A stretch of 64,000 nt of DNA, taken from NCBI RefSeq assembly GCF_902459465.1, contig NC_047063.1:16988001-17052000 (forward strand). The letters are read 5' to 3'. The position numbers and the translations under genes were made by a program. The notes beneath the pieces are model-generated. The model was given only the letters and a program-made list of their open reading frames with translations, was not told where the DNA came from and searched no databases. Below are positions 1 through 14,100 of the stretch, in pieces (position 1 is the stretch's first letter; each line of letters begins with the position of its first letter). Source of the stretch: Asterias rubens (lineage: Eukaryota).

Positions 1-934
1 AAACGGTCACTTGCCCTCTCGAGGTGATGTCATGCACCTTGGGCAAGCCCCAAGTGACCCGTTCCACAAGCAGGGCACTGGGGGCTGACCTGGGTGAGCC
101 CCTGGAATGACGACAAAGCTATTCGAACATACTGGGGGCAGACCGTCGACCCGGGGAAGCTAATCCAACGCACCCCATATTGTACCCATTTTTTGAATTA
201 AAGATATGACACGATGAGAACGGAGTGTTAGTTGAAAGAGGAATTTATTATGATACAACTACAGAAATCATGGCACATGCCTTGGCCGTGCAACCGAGCT
301 GGCATGTAAAAATGCATGACAATAAAGATTCTACACTATCCCTTGTTCAACTAATTTTGAATGAAAATAAGAGAAAAAAAAGAGGGTATTAATGCCCTGC
401 TGGTTTAGTGTGGTCCAGCATCCCTCTCCACAGGGTTAGGGGTGGTGTAGCAGCAACAGTGACCCCCCCCCCCCCTATACCTCGCTCCCCAACCCCTGTT
501 TTGATAGACGAACCCTGACAGGAGGTGTACGGTGTTTTGTAATGACCAGTTGTGATGAAAGGTGATATGACTTGGGGGTTTTTCACTGACAAGAACAACA
601 TCAAAATAAATGTTGGGTATGGTTGTATTAATTATCTCCACTTAAAATAATAATGTAATGGGAGACTTTTGGACAGTCTTTTTTCTTAGTTCTCACCAGT
701 ACTGCGCGTGCTTAGAGCTACGCGTGCAGCATGCAATATTGAGCATGTGTGCGCAAGCTAAGAGCCGCAAAAAAAAAAAACGTTTTGTCTGCTGCTGCCA
801 GGGTCTCAAACGTCTCATTGAAAATAATCTGTACATGTCTTACCACCATCATTAAATAAATATTTATTGAATTGAATCAAAAATTTCAATACCGAAACTA
901 CAGTAACAATCTTCGAATTTTGTCTTTAATAAAG

Positions 935-3900
935 TAAAAACAACTCCCAGATTGTGTGCCATAGTGCAAATTCGACAGTGGGCAGAAGTGGTTTGATCTC
1001 TGTGACATTTGACGGAGCGGAGAGGAACTCGCAGGAGAGCTTCACCTATCAACCTAATCCAACGGTTTCTGCCATACAGCCTCAAAAAAGTGTTGAATCG
1101 TAAGTTTCTCATACAGTGTAATACTGTAATTTAATAAGACGTTTATTCCGTACTCTTGTTGGAAAATCATGAGAATTGATCAGTATACATATAGAAAGGC
1201 AACCAAATTAGAAGCGATAGAAAGGCAACCAAATTAGAAGCGATAGAAAGGCAACCAAATTAGAAGCGCAATATAAGTACAAATGATAAATAAATGACTA
1301 GTAAATAACTATTTACAAGAGCTTCATGCTTCTCCTCAATGAACCCAAGTCTCAACACTTCTGGTGTGACAGGTCTTTTTCTTCGGCTGCGCCACGCATC
1401 TAGAACTCTCTACCACTTAATTTTAGATCTTGTCTTTGTACTACAAAATCCAAATCTCTCTTGTTAGGGTTTATTTTGCCTCCACCAAGAATTGCGACAT
1501 TTGACAATAAGGCATTCAAAATGCTGTCTCTTCTTTTTTATCTCTGCCAGAGGTGGACGTTTAGTGAATGTGACAGGTGTGCATTTCGAGCAGATTCAGT
1601 CGCCAATGATCGTAATGAGTGCAGATGGTGAAACTTTCAAAGAAGTACGTTGGTAATTGAGGCTCAGACGTGGTATTCTTCCCACTTTAAGGCCTGGGGT
1701 CGACTTCACAAAGAGTTAGGACTAGTCCTAACTTGGGACTAGTTCTAAGAGATATCAAAAACGTACAGCTATAGTCTTAAGTTAAAGTCGACTAGTCTGA
1801 ACACTTTGTGAATTCCACCCATTGTCAAAGACCAGTTTTTATTTTATTTTATGCAAACCGCACGACACACAAGGCCTGAAGGCCACTTCAAGGTGTGGGA
1901 TACAAATAAAATTTCCAGGGGCACAGTGCCACCTACTCCTAGGGCTGAAACAGGGTGTCCCCCCCTTTACAGTACACATGAAAATAGTACTCTCAATTTG
2001 GTATCCCAACATATGCATAAAATAACAACGTGGACTAAATTGATCATCAAAGTTGCAAGAAAATAATCATTAATAAAAGAAAAAACACAATTTTTGCACA
2101 AATTTGAATACTTTCAGATGCTAATAAAAGGCTTCAGGCCTAAAATCTTTTGAGTATTTGGGTGTAGAAATTACCTCTCTACTATAAGAGATTTTTTGGT
2201 GCAAAGTTTAAAATTTTAGAGCGTTATTTTATGACAAACAACATGCCATGCTCAAAAATCAGAAAGTTTGCACCGACTGTACGCCAAGTGTGACGCAGTG
2301 ACACTCACACTACGCAAAAAGTGCATAATAGAAACTGGGAGTAGGTTTTAGCTTTTTATTCACACTCCGGTTCGAGCATCTGACTGGAGGATTTGCGGTC
2401 ACCGGAAGATAAATATAAATAAATAAAAACCAAAATCTACATTTTTCTCCCACCGATAGGACTGCACTATGGATACAGACACTCTGATGATGTGCAAAAC
2501 CCCCAATGTGATCTCAGCATTTAACGGATCAAGGAGTGCTGCAGACACCGAGAGTCAAGATGCTGGATTCACAGTGGGTTTCATACTGGCCAACTTATTC
2601 ATCGAGCTAGACACGTTTACTTATGTCAAAGACCCAGTATTTTACCGATTTGAAGGAGATGGTAACATCCAGGACTTGGAGGGATCTAAACTACAAATAC
2701 AGGTTAGTTTATTATTCTGTAACATTTATTTCAATTTTGTATACAATATAATAATGCACAAATACAGGTTAGTTTATTAATTCTGTAACATTTATTTCAA
2801 TTTTGTATACAATATAATAATGCACAAATACAGGTTAGTTTATTAATTCTGTAACATTTATTTCAATTTTGTATACAATATAATAATGCACAAATACAGG
2901 TTAGTTTATTATTCTGTAACATTTATTTCAATTTTGTATACAATATAATAATGCACAAATACAGGTTAGTTTATTATTCTGTAACATTTATTTCAATTTT
3001 GTATACAATATAATAATGCACAAATACAGGTTAGTTTATTATTCTGTAACATTTATTTCAATTTTGTATACAATATAATAATGCACAAATACAGGTTAGT
3101 TTATTATTCTGTAACATTTATTTCAATTTTGTATACAATATAATAATGCACAAATACAGGTTAGTTTATTATTCTGTAACATTTATTTCAATTTTGTATA
3201 CAATATAATAATGCACAAATACAGGTTAGTTTATTATTCTGTAACATTTATTTCAATTTTGTATACAATATAATAATGCACAAATACAGGTTAGTTTATT
3301 ATTCTGTAACATTTATTTCAATTTTGTATACAATATAATAATGCACAAATACAGGTTAGTTTATTATTCTGTAACATTTATTTCAATTTTGTATACAATA
3401 TAATAATGCACAAATACAGGTTAGTTTATTATTCTGTAACATTTATTTCAATTTTGTATACAATATAATAATGCACAAATACAGGTTAGTTTATTATTCT
3501 GTAACATTTATTTCAATTTTGTATACAATATAATAATGCACAAATACAGGTTAGTTTATTATTCTGTAACATTTATTTCAATTTTGTATACAATATAATA
3601 ATGCACAAATACAGGTTAGTTTATTATTCTGTAACATTTATTTCAATTTTGTATACAATATAATAATGCACAAATACAGGTTAGTTTATTATTCTGTAAC
3701 ATTTATTTCAATTTTGTATACAATATAATAATGCACAAATACAGGTTAGTTTATTATTCTGTAACATTTATTTCAATTTTGTATACAATATAATAATGCA
3801 CAAATACAGGTTAGTTTATTATTCTGTAACATTTATTTCAATTTTGTATACAATATAATAATGCACATTTTTGTAGGAATTGCAAAAGCAGTAATGGTTT

Positions 3901-5195
3901 TGGTTTAACACTCAAATCGATGTGTGTTAGCACTGTATCATTTTTACTTTCCTGAGTTCTTCTGTGAATAAAAATCGCAGGCAAATAACTTGGTTGAGGT
4001 TCGAACCCACAACATTTGCAATTCTAGAGCAGTGTCTTCTGTGAACAAAAATTGCAGGCTAATTACTCGGTTGGGGTCAGTCTACCCGCAACCCATGCGT
4101 TTTAATGAGCTTTTGCCCGATTTTATCTGCAGTGCTTGGTGTGTTTTTTCATGTGTGACCTCGGTTCGAATACTAATTAGTGCAATGTAGCAGTACATTG
4201 AAGTAAAGAGCATATCTGTCGATTTGTATGAAACAAATCGGTGCAACTCAAATTTTAAAAAGAGAAATTTGTATTAAAAAAATGGCTTTAAAAAGAAAGA
4301 AAACAAGTCACAAAAACACGACAAATTGTCCTGGTTTGAATGTCAGCAACAGTCCCAAAAAAAAAATACAAGGATAGATTATTTAATATTCTTCCTTGAA
4401 ATGTTAAAAGCGAAACCGGATTGTACCTAGTCCAGTCAGGATACAGCGATTTCCACCAGTAGTCCAAAGCCACGTTACGAAAAAATCAACCATTAAACAG
4501 CATGGTTTTCCTGCACGGTGGTTGGCCGAGGATGGCACCATCCATAGCAGCTTGCTGTTTTTCTTGGGTTTGGTTCCCCCGACCGCCAGGCTAACGTTAG
4601 TCAATAACAAAAGTGCCTGGCTACTATGAGCTACTATATACATTTTGTAGTTCTTTCTGTATTTTCTGTATTTTCTGTATTCAATATTGCTGGTTACACT
4701 TGTTCACTTGAGACTTAATTGTTATTTTGCGCTATNNNNNNNNNNNNNNNNNNNNNNNNNNNNNNNNNNNNNNNNNNNNNNNNNNNNNNNNNNNNNNNNN
4801 NNNNNNNNNNNNNNNNNNNNNNNNNNNNNNNNNNNNNNNNNNNNNNNNNNNNNNNNNNNNNNNNNNNNNNNNNNNNNNNNNNNNNNNNNNNNNNNNNNNN
4901 NNNNNNNNNNNNNNNNNNNNNNNNNNNNNNNNNNNNNNNNNNNNNNNNNNNNNNNNNNNNNNNNNNNNNNNNNNNNNNNNNNNNNNNNNNNNNNNNNNNN
5001 NNNNNNNNGGTGTAGGGGGAGAGACTGGATGATGCACTGACTGAATCCGAAGTGAAGGTGTTTGTTGGTAGTGAGAAGTGTACAGTAGATGTCTTGGCAA
5101 ACTCCATCTTAACATGTACACCACCCAAGAATCAACCTCGACCCATAGACTTTAGAAGTAAAACAGAGACCAGTAACTTACTACCAACTGTATAT
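935..5195 (+). CDS. Plexin ectodomain IPT/TIG exons (4 exons)
   Basis: IVCHSANST...FTYQPNPTVSAIQPQKSVES|GGRLVNVTGVHF...|DCTMDTDTLMMCKTP...FTYVKDPVF...|GERLDDALTESEVKVFVGSEKCTV...LTCTPP are typical plexin IPT repeats. Confidence 0.9.
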
Positions 5196-8100
5196 GTGAG
5201 TCTTCTTTCCATTTTTCATTTTTATTTTGTGTTTTTTATTCCTTTTAGCCATTTTAAATCTCTTCTCAAAATTGATCTGATGTCACAGGTTTTCAAGGAC
5301 TCATTTTGTGGTGTCTGTTTTCTTTGGTTTTGTTTTGGGTTTTACTGCGCATTACAAGCCTTTGTTAGTATTTTTATTATTTACTGCTTGGGATTTGTGT
5401 AGGAACAAAACTTTTACTGATGGGGAAATGGAAGTTTAATATTAATGTTTAAAGCCATTATACACTTTCGGTACAGAAACAAAAAAAAGTTCACAGGTTT
5501 ACAAATAATTTACAGGGTTTACAGAAGGTAATGGTGAAAGACTTCTCTTGAAATATTGTTCCATGAAATGCTTTACTTTTTGAGAAAACATTAAAACAAT
5601 ATCAATTCTCGATAGCGAGAATTACGGATTTTTTTTAAACACATGTCATGACACGGCGAAACGCGAGGAAACAATTATGGGTTTTCCCGTTATTTTTTCC
5701 CGACTCCGATGAACGATTGAGCCTAAATTTTCACAGGTTTGTTGTTTTGTACATAAGTTGTGATACACGAAGTGTGGGACTTGGACAATACTGTTTACCG
5801 AAAGTGTATAAGGGCTTTAAAAGAGCCGTCTTGCCAACAGCGGGTTTGTAAACACAACTAGAAAGTTTGTTTTACATACAATTAGTGGTTTATATCTATG
5901 TTTAATTGATCAACCAGGATTTTGAAGTGCATTTAAAACTTGTCAGCAGTTGTCGTTATAGTTGATCTATAAGACTTTAAAAGTAGCGAAGGACCAATAC
6001 GATCAGAGAGAACACTCATTATTTGGCATAAATAAATAGTGCCAATCTTCTTTAATCGGACTTACAAGGAGTTGCAGAAGACCTATCTGAAGGCACCTTC
6101 AGGTATTTGTAATTGTAGTTTTTATAAGATTTGTAAATAGATTGAGACAAATTAAGAACTCACTCCGCGGTAGTGAAGTTAATAAGGATCCACTAAAAGC
6201 TAAAGTAGTAGTCCCGGAGATGTTTTACCTTCCGCCCAGGTAGTAGTTAAAAAGTAGGACAGTCCTTTTCAGAACTGAGAAGTCTCCTGAATTTTGAAAA
6301 TCTACGCCGCAGTAGAATATGAGGCAAGACAGTTCTCTACAAAACAAATGTACCTGGCAAGTAGATACACACATGGTATTAAACTAATTCACCTGATTTC
6401 ATCATCAGAATAATCTTGGATGCCATTTTGGTGGTCAATGTCACTGTGCGTTATTCAGTGAAGTGCGCATTTTAGTCAACGCGCGTTTACTTGTAAACCT
6501 ATTGACCACCAAATTGGTAAGCGTGGCACAGTCGCTGCGTGTGACATTCGTGGAAAGAGTCAATAACCAAATGTATAATGAACCTGAATTATCCCCAGGT
6601 CCTATATGGTGAGGAACAAGTCTTGATTGGCTATGTGAGATATAATACAGAACTTAACCTGGGTCTGTTTATTGGCATTGCTGCTGCAGTGCTACTCCTA
6701 CCAATCGTTGCGGTTGCAATATTCCTGTGGCGCAAACTACGAGGTTCTCGGAAGGAGATTGGGGAGATTCTGCTCCAGATGGATGATCTAGAGAAAGGAA
6801 TGGCTGAGGATCTTAGAATAGGTCAGTTTGTGCTGCTGGAGTAGTAAAAAGTGTTTCTTGAACTCTTATTTGTATTATTTCATCTTGGAAGTTAAGTAAG
6901 AAGAACCAAGAAAGTGGGGAGTCCTCTTTTTTCTAGTTTATCTGTTGATAGTATAAAACATTGTGAGAAATGGCTACCTTTGAAGTAATGTAGTTTTTGA
7001 GAAAGAAGTAATTTTCCACGACTTTGATTTTGAGACCTCAGAATTAGATTTTGAGGTCTTGAAATAAAGCATCGATCTGAAAGCACACAATTTTGTGTGA
7101 CAGGTTTTTTTTTTTTTTATCATTATCTCCCAACTTCAACTACCAATTGAGCTCAAAATTTCAGGCTTGTTATTTTATGCAGAAGATAAACCAAGTGAGA
7201 AGACTGGTCTTTGACAATTACCAATAGTGCCCAGTGTCTTTAAGCATTTTGTGGTACATCATTTTTCAACGAAAAATGTTGTTGTCACAATGAGACCCTG
7301 TCTTGATAAGCGGGTTATGTATAGTGTAAACTATTAAATCGATCTAATAAATGAAATAGTTATCTCCAGATATTTTATGAGTACAAACCTGCAAAATGTG
7401 GAGGACATTATTCAAAATATCTTTTGCTTAAAACAGGAATGAATAATCGATTGTTTTATTATTACAATATTTATGTTTTTTCCCCCACAGCCTTTGCTGA
7501 GCTACAAACCAATGTAACGGATTTAACCCATGATCTAGCTGGTACTGGTATGCCATTTGTCAGCCACCGACAGTACGCTACCAACATGTTATTCACTGGT
7601 CTTGACATCCAACCTACGACCTCTGACCCAGAGGTGAGTAAAAAATAAACTAATTTCTAGTCATTTCTTTATAAATATTTTGTGTTCAAGTTTGGGTAGA
7701 AAAAATGTGCATAGTAGAAATGAGCATGTTGTGACTGCTTGTGGAATGCAATGTTTCTGATGTCACTCTTTCTGATGTACTTTTATTTGTGTTTAGAATC
7801 CTGAAGAGAGGACGGAGAGGGCCATGGTACAGTTCAATAAACTACTTGTCAACAAAACCTTCTTGCTAGCCTTCATTCAAGCCTTGGATGATGATAAAAA
7901 GATCACTGTAAAAGACAAGTAAGTCTCTATTGATCTCTTGCACAAATGTCACACACAGCTTAAAGGATTTGGGTACTTTTTGTAACACAAAACACAATGT
8001 CTACTGATTTACATTAAACTTACATTGCTTGAAGATAATGATAGTAGAAAGCGTACCTTAAAATATTAGTTGCTGAGGTGCTGTAGTTTTTGAGAAATGA

Positions 8101-11100
8101 GTAAAACAATGTCATGAAAATACGCTTTTACATGCTAAAATAATTTTCGTCTCATGATCACTGAGACGAAAATTATTTTCATGACATTGTTTTACTCATA
8201 TCTCAAAAACTACAGCACCTCAGCAAGTCATACTTTTACTGCTTTCTACTATCATTATCTTCAACCTGTGTAAGTTTAGTGGACATCTGTGGACATTGTG
8301 TTTTTTTTTTTGTCCTACAAAAAGTACATAGACCCTTTAAAGGGTTGGGGTATCTACAAACAAACAATGTCCTCAGATTTACATCAAACTTACATGGTTT
8401 GAAGATAATGGTGGTAGAAAGCTTCCCTTCAAATATAATTTGCTGGGTTGCTATTTTTTTTTTTAAATGAGTAAAGCAATGTCACAAAAATGTACAATGT
8501 ATTGACGCGACTCTCCTGAAAACATTGGTCTGTGATTTTCACTTTTTAAACTTGACAACTATCGGTATTAAAGCTGAAAACTTCACATCTTCATTCACAG
8601 TGAGTAGGGATTCATGTGGTGGCCAAAATTTTAAAGATGTTCCACAAAAGGTATCAAAACCCTTGGACTGATGTCTGACATGCTGGTTATTTTGGAGTAC
8701 GATGGCAAGCATGTTGTCCTTCCACTAAAATGCATACTTTAGTGTGTGCCTCGCACACACATTAAACTGGCGCAACTCAGATTATTGGGGTTAAACAAAG
8801 ACAATTTGACTAGATCAAAACTTGAATCTGGCACCTACATACTAATGTGCCGGTGCTCTGCCAACTGAGCTATCTACTAATCCTTATGCTATTACCAACA
8901 GACTCAAAGCACCGTGCTTGCAAACATTGGATCTATTACAAATCTGTATAATATTCTTCATCCCCAATGCAAATTTAAAGCCATTGGACCCTTTCGGTAC
9001 AGAAGAAAAGAAAAAAAAAAAGTTCACAGATTTACAAATAATTTACAGGGTTTACAGAAGGTAATGGTGAAAGACTTCTCTTGTAATACTAGTCCACGAA
9101 ATGCTTTAATTTTTGAGAATTATGAGAATTACGGATTTGTTATAAACACATGTCATGACACGGCGAAACGCGCGAAAACAGGAGTGGGTTTTCCCGTTAT
9201 TTACTCCCGACTCCGATGTCCGATTGACCCTAAATTTCCACAGGATTGTTATTTTATATATAAGTTGTGATACACGGAGTGTGGGACGTGGACAATACTG
9301 TTTACCGAAAGTGTATAATGGCTTTAATATGTGTTAGATCATTTGCGTACATGATTCTAAAACATAGGATTCAAACTGCTTCTAGCTACCTGGCAATTTT
9401 GGTGGTCTAGTTGGTAAGACACTGCTCGAGAATTGCAAAGGTTGTTGGTTCTAATCCTACCGTAGTATTTTGGCTGATTTTTTTCACAGAACTCGGGAAA
9501 GTACTGAGTATACAGTGCTATTTATCGGTGTAAGGATAACACCAAACATAATTTACTTATCTCATTATTTAATTAACTTTGTATGTGTATAACTTCAGGT
9601 CAACTATAGCATCCCTTCTGACGGTTATTATGATGCTGGAGAACAAATTGGGATATCTAACTGAGTAAGTAATTTTTGTTTTATTTTTTATATTAGCCCA
9701 ACTGGAGGTTTAAAAAAATGTTTTACTTTTGTTGGGACGAGCTTGGCGCAAATTTTTGTGTTTACAGGGAATAAACTTTTCAATTCACAGGGGCTTTTTG
9801 GCAAAAACTTTGATAAATGTAGATAACTCCCAAACCGAAAGCGTCAGCAAACTAACATTTTGGATTTATTCGTTTGGTATGATAATGTAGCACTCTAATT
9901 TTTTAGAAGAAGATCTGAGAACCCATGAATCACCACTTGGTACACTCTTACAGGCAGAGACTCTTGGACATTATATAATTATAGGCTGCAAAAAATAGTT
10001 TGGGCCTGACGTTTCGACCCTATCTGCTGGATCGAATCGTCAGACCATAAACTATTTTTTCCATTTATAGCATTGGTCCTTTTGGTTGGTAAGCAGTTTG
10101 CAACAGATTATTTATTTTCTCATATATAACGGCTGTCACTTGTAGGATCAGGTGTGTGGTTTTTTTTTTCAAGATTTAACCTGATTTTGAGGTTTTTGCA
10201 CTGATCTCCCTGCACAATCAGAGTTTTTTTTAAAGAGACTAAAAGTGTGCCATCACAGAGTTAAAAAAACTTGGCCCTTTTGACCAAACCAGATATCTAT
10301 TTAACATGATGTAGGGAATCTGTAAACCACTTCAATTATTTATTGGTTGTTCTATCGGCTTTATAACTTCACACAAACAGACAATTTTCAAGTTGTTAAG
10401 ACTTTTCGTGTTCGTACAATCTTGGCCAGGTCTTTGTTTTGTGTTTTCATTTAGTTTTCATAGTGGTTTTCTATTGTAGTTTTTTTAACTATTGTAATGT
10501 TTTTAGGAAATTGAGTTTTTTTGTAATTCACCAGTATGTTGCGATTTTTTAAATAAATAAACCATAAAACATTGTGTGTTTTTTTTAACAACAAAGAATC
10601 AAAAGATACAGGAAATCCTGAATTGGCAATCGATACTGTAAAAATTAAGATTTTTTTACTTTCAATTTCATTTTTTTGAAAAATTCAAACAAGCTTCTAG
10701 GGTTTTTCTTCTAAAGAAGACAGGAAATATACAGTTCAATTTGATGTACTTATTTTCTTGTTATATTTTCACCACCCACATGAGGTATATCACAAAATTT
10801 AGTTTGACATTTCCCTTGCTCTTTAAGTGGTTTATGGCGCAGCACTAGTACAAATCTAGGGTATATTCCTATACAGTACAGACTTACATAAGGGAAATAA
10901 ACCAATGGACTGTGTGTGCCTTATCTTCAATTATAACACCCCTTGCAAGTATTCTGCCTGCTCATTGGTTTAGAGCGCGTCACATGACATGTCTTAATTT
11001 TGCTAGACGACGGCCGTGTGATAGTGCGCCGTGTGCTAGTCCGAAGACTAGCACACGCCGTGCAGTACCCAGAGGTCCGTTGCGTGTACGAGGATGATAA

Positions 11101-14100
11101 ATTAATAGTCTGTAACCATTTCGGATTGCACGACACTACATGCAGCACAGTAAAAGTGTTTGCAATCTGTATTCGCATCGTCCGTGGATTGTAGCATTCA
11201 GGTCTGTAACTTAATAATAATAGTACAGTATTTAGAAATGTTTGGGGTGTTATAAAACAAATATTGACTGCTTTTACTCATGCAAAGGTTAAAAACTATG
11301 ACTCCCTCGGTGATCCCACGTAGCGGGAAAATAGAACGCTCCGGGATCACCTCGGGAGTCATAGTTTTAATCATAGCACTCGAAGCAGTCAATATTTGTA
11401 TACTATCTTCCTTGCATCTAAATATTAGTTGTAGCTTATATTGACTGCTCTTTTGTATCAGGAGCCAAATAAAAAAGATTATCAATTGCACAATGTAAAT
11501 TAAGTTCACAAATGCCCCTATTGGGAATTACAGGGTTTGTGTGGTTGTGATGGCCCTGTCTGTCTATCAGGGATGAGATTTGTCAGTCTTTTATCTGAAT
11601 TCAGACTTTTGATGTCGGCTTTGTGAATAAAATCACGCGAAATGTTTTCCACATATATAAAGAATTCCTGCTGTTTGATCTACTTCTCTAAAAGCTCCTC
11701 TGAATCTAGAACTCCTTAGTTCTTTTTTTTTTCATTCATAATCGGTTTATTATTTTAAAAACAAATTCCCATGGCGACCGGAGGTCGAATTACAGGAAAA
11801 TATACAGAGATTAAAAAATCTGAAAAAATCACACTATTTCACATTATATTAAGAAATAATTGATTAAGGAGAGACAAATATTTGCAATGTATAAAATAAA
11901 TTGTTCTGAAAGTTGCGGGAAAAAAAAAAAACCTGGATAAAAAAAATTGCTGGCACAGGTAGACAAAGGGCGCATAAAAAGCTGCATTCTATTGCAATTC
12001 AGTTATTAAAAAGGCGTGTGAGGTGAGGGAGAGGGCTCTATCTATAGCGCTCTGTTCGGCATTTCTGGTGTAGTCACCGGAGTGTGGGTTCGAATCCCGG
12101 TCGTGACACTTGTGTCCTTGAGCAAGATACTTTACTAGAATTGCTTCTCTTCACCCAGGGGTATAAATGGGTACCTGCGAGGGTAGAGGTTGATATTGTG
12201 AATGACAAAGCCTTTGGAGCGATATCAACTGTTGCCCAGGTTGTATACTCCCAAGGGAGCTGAGAAACATTAAAAAAGGGATGTTATTGGCCCTATGACC
12301 AGGGCACTAATGTAAAGCGCATTGATGCGCTGTATAAGAATTGGTTATTATTATTTATTATTTACCAAAAGGTGGAAATGGCATCATTTCAAACAAACCT
12401 TAGAATTTGTATCCCTGTTTCAGAGTTGTTTGTTATAACAATGACTCTCAGCCCCTGGTCTATTCAAGTGCTCCATCCAATGTATTGTGATTTATGTGAT
12501 TTTTAAATTTCAGCATCATGATAACGCTGATGTCAAATCAAGTAGGGGAGGCTGTAGATAATAACAGACCAAAGCAGCTGTTCAGAAGGTATGTAATATC
12601 AAGAACTTGGGAATTAAATAACTCTAATACACCAATCCATTAGGCTCCACCCTTGGCGCACGCTTCATTGAGAAAGATATTTTCATCTTAAACATTGTTC
12701 TTCTTGTAGCCCCTTACCATGAGCGGCTATTAGCCATGTTTGGAGCAAACTGGCATGACAACAAAATAAAAAGAATTAAAGGGTGGCTGCAGTAGTTTTT
12801 TTATTTTATTTAAACGATTAAACATGACTTTTTAAACCTGAAATATTTTTTTATATTTTTTTTATTGGTTTTCAAGAGATTAGGGGAACCCATCCCGCCC
12901 CTAAAAGGGAGCCTTCTTGTGACGTCATGTCGGGAACCCGAGCCGTCGGGTCCCCTGGCTGTGTGCATATAGAGACGTGTGCACTGTGTGGCCTGGTACC
13001 TAGGCGCGTGTAGTTAGGAACCAGACTCTTTTTGCCAATATGTTTGAATTCCCGACGTGACGTCGATAGGGGGGCGGCAACAATCCACAAAAGGGGGGGG
13101 GGCATGACTTATTCGCTAATTACGCAAGTGAGATATGTCGAGGAAAAAACAAAACACATTTTATTAATGTTCAATACATATATCAGAAATAAATGACAGC
13201 AAAATTAACTGTTTTATTTTAATTCACTGCAGCATCCCTTTAAAAAAATCGCAACTGCCATTCCCACTTTTTTAGGAGTCAATGATTTTCTGAACTTAGG
13301 TTTCATATTTGTTAAGTTATTTGTGATCATTTTTAGCTTGAATGTGTCACTACTAATTATTATTAATTGGAGTTAGTTGTGTGGGAATTTGTTTTTCTTC
13401 TCCAATTTGCTTTGGGCAAATGTGTTTTATTGTCTGTGTGGTGTTTATATTTTTCTACATTACAGAGTTTCCCTCATAGTTTTGTTCGGGGGGGGGGGCA
13501 GGGGTGAAGGGATCATTTCTTTTTAGATTTAGATTGATTTGTAAATGTTTACTCTTTTCTGTTTCCAATTAGAACGGAGAGTATTGTTGAGAAGCTTCTG
13601 TCCAATTGGATCGCACTGTGTCTTTATGATCAACTTCAGGTAAAAACTTAAAGCCCTGTCGCATAAAAATGCTCTATACTATTGAAAGCTGTCGTAGGCT
13701 TCTCTTACCAATAGTTTGTATTGCCATTCATTTTACCAAAAGTATTCCCTGCCCTTTAATTCATGGCCTGCGAGAGCACATTTTTTCCAAAGGGTCCTGG
13801 ATTTTCCAGAGAATCGGCGAGCGCGGAGTGACCATCATTTTAACTTTCTAACTATTTTGGCCATAGAGTTATTTATAAGACCTAGATGGCACTCTGGTGA
13901 TGCTGCATGCACAAATGCGGTGGGAACTCAAGGAGACAAGTGCGCCATTTTGTAAGATGGACATCTTACAAAATTCTTATAAGTAACTCTATGATTTAGG
14001 CCTACTCTTTCTCTAATGTACGCCTCATTTTTAACATATAAACATATTTTATATTGAATTGCCTATGCAGGGACAATAAAGTTTTATCATTGTATTGTAT

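Noticed and set aside
2693-3866. CRISPR-like array
   Set aside because: Head-to-tail identical units without unique spacers, in a eukaryotic intron.
4687-5128. Long X-filled ORFs
   Set aside because: Artefacts of the N gap.
5648-5851. Recurring short ORFs (MTRRNARKQ..., MKEKTPLSHEVVC..., MLINPKSH...)
   Set aside because: All fall within non-autonomous MITE copies and have no transposase motifs.
12075-12100. tRNA genes at GGTTCGAATCC / GGATTCGAACCC motifs throughout the window
   Set aside because: No complete cloverleaf; they are SINE heads.
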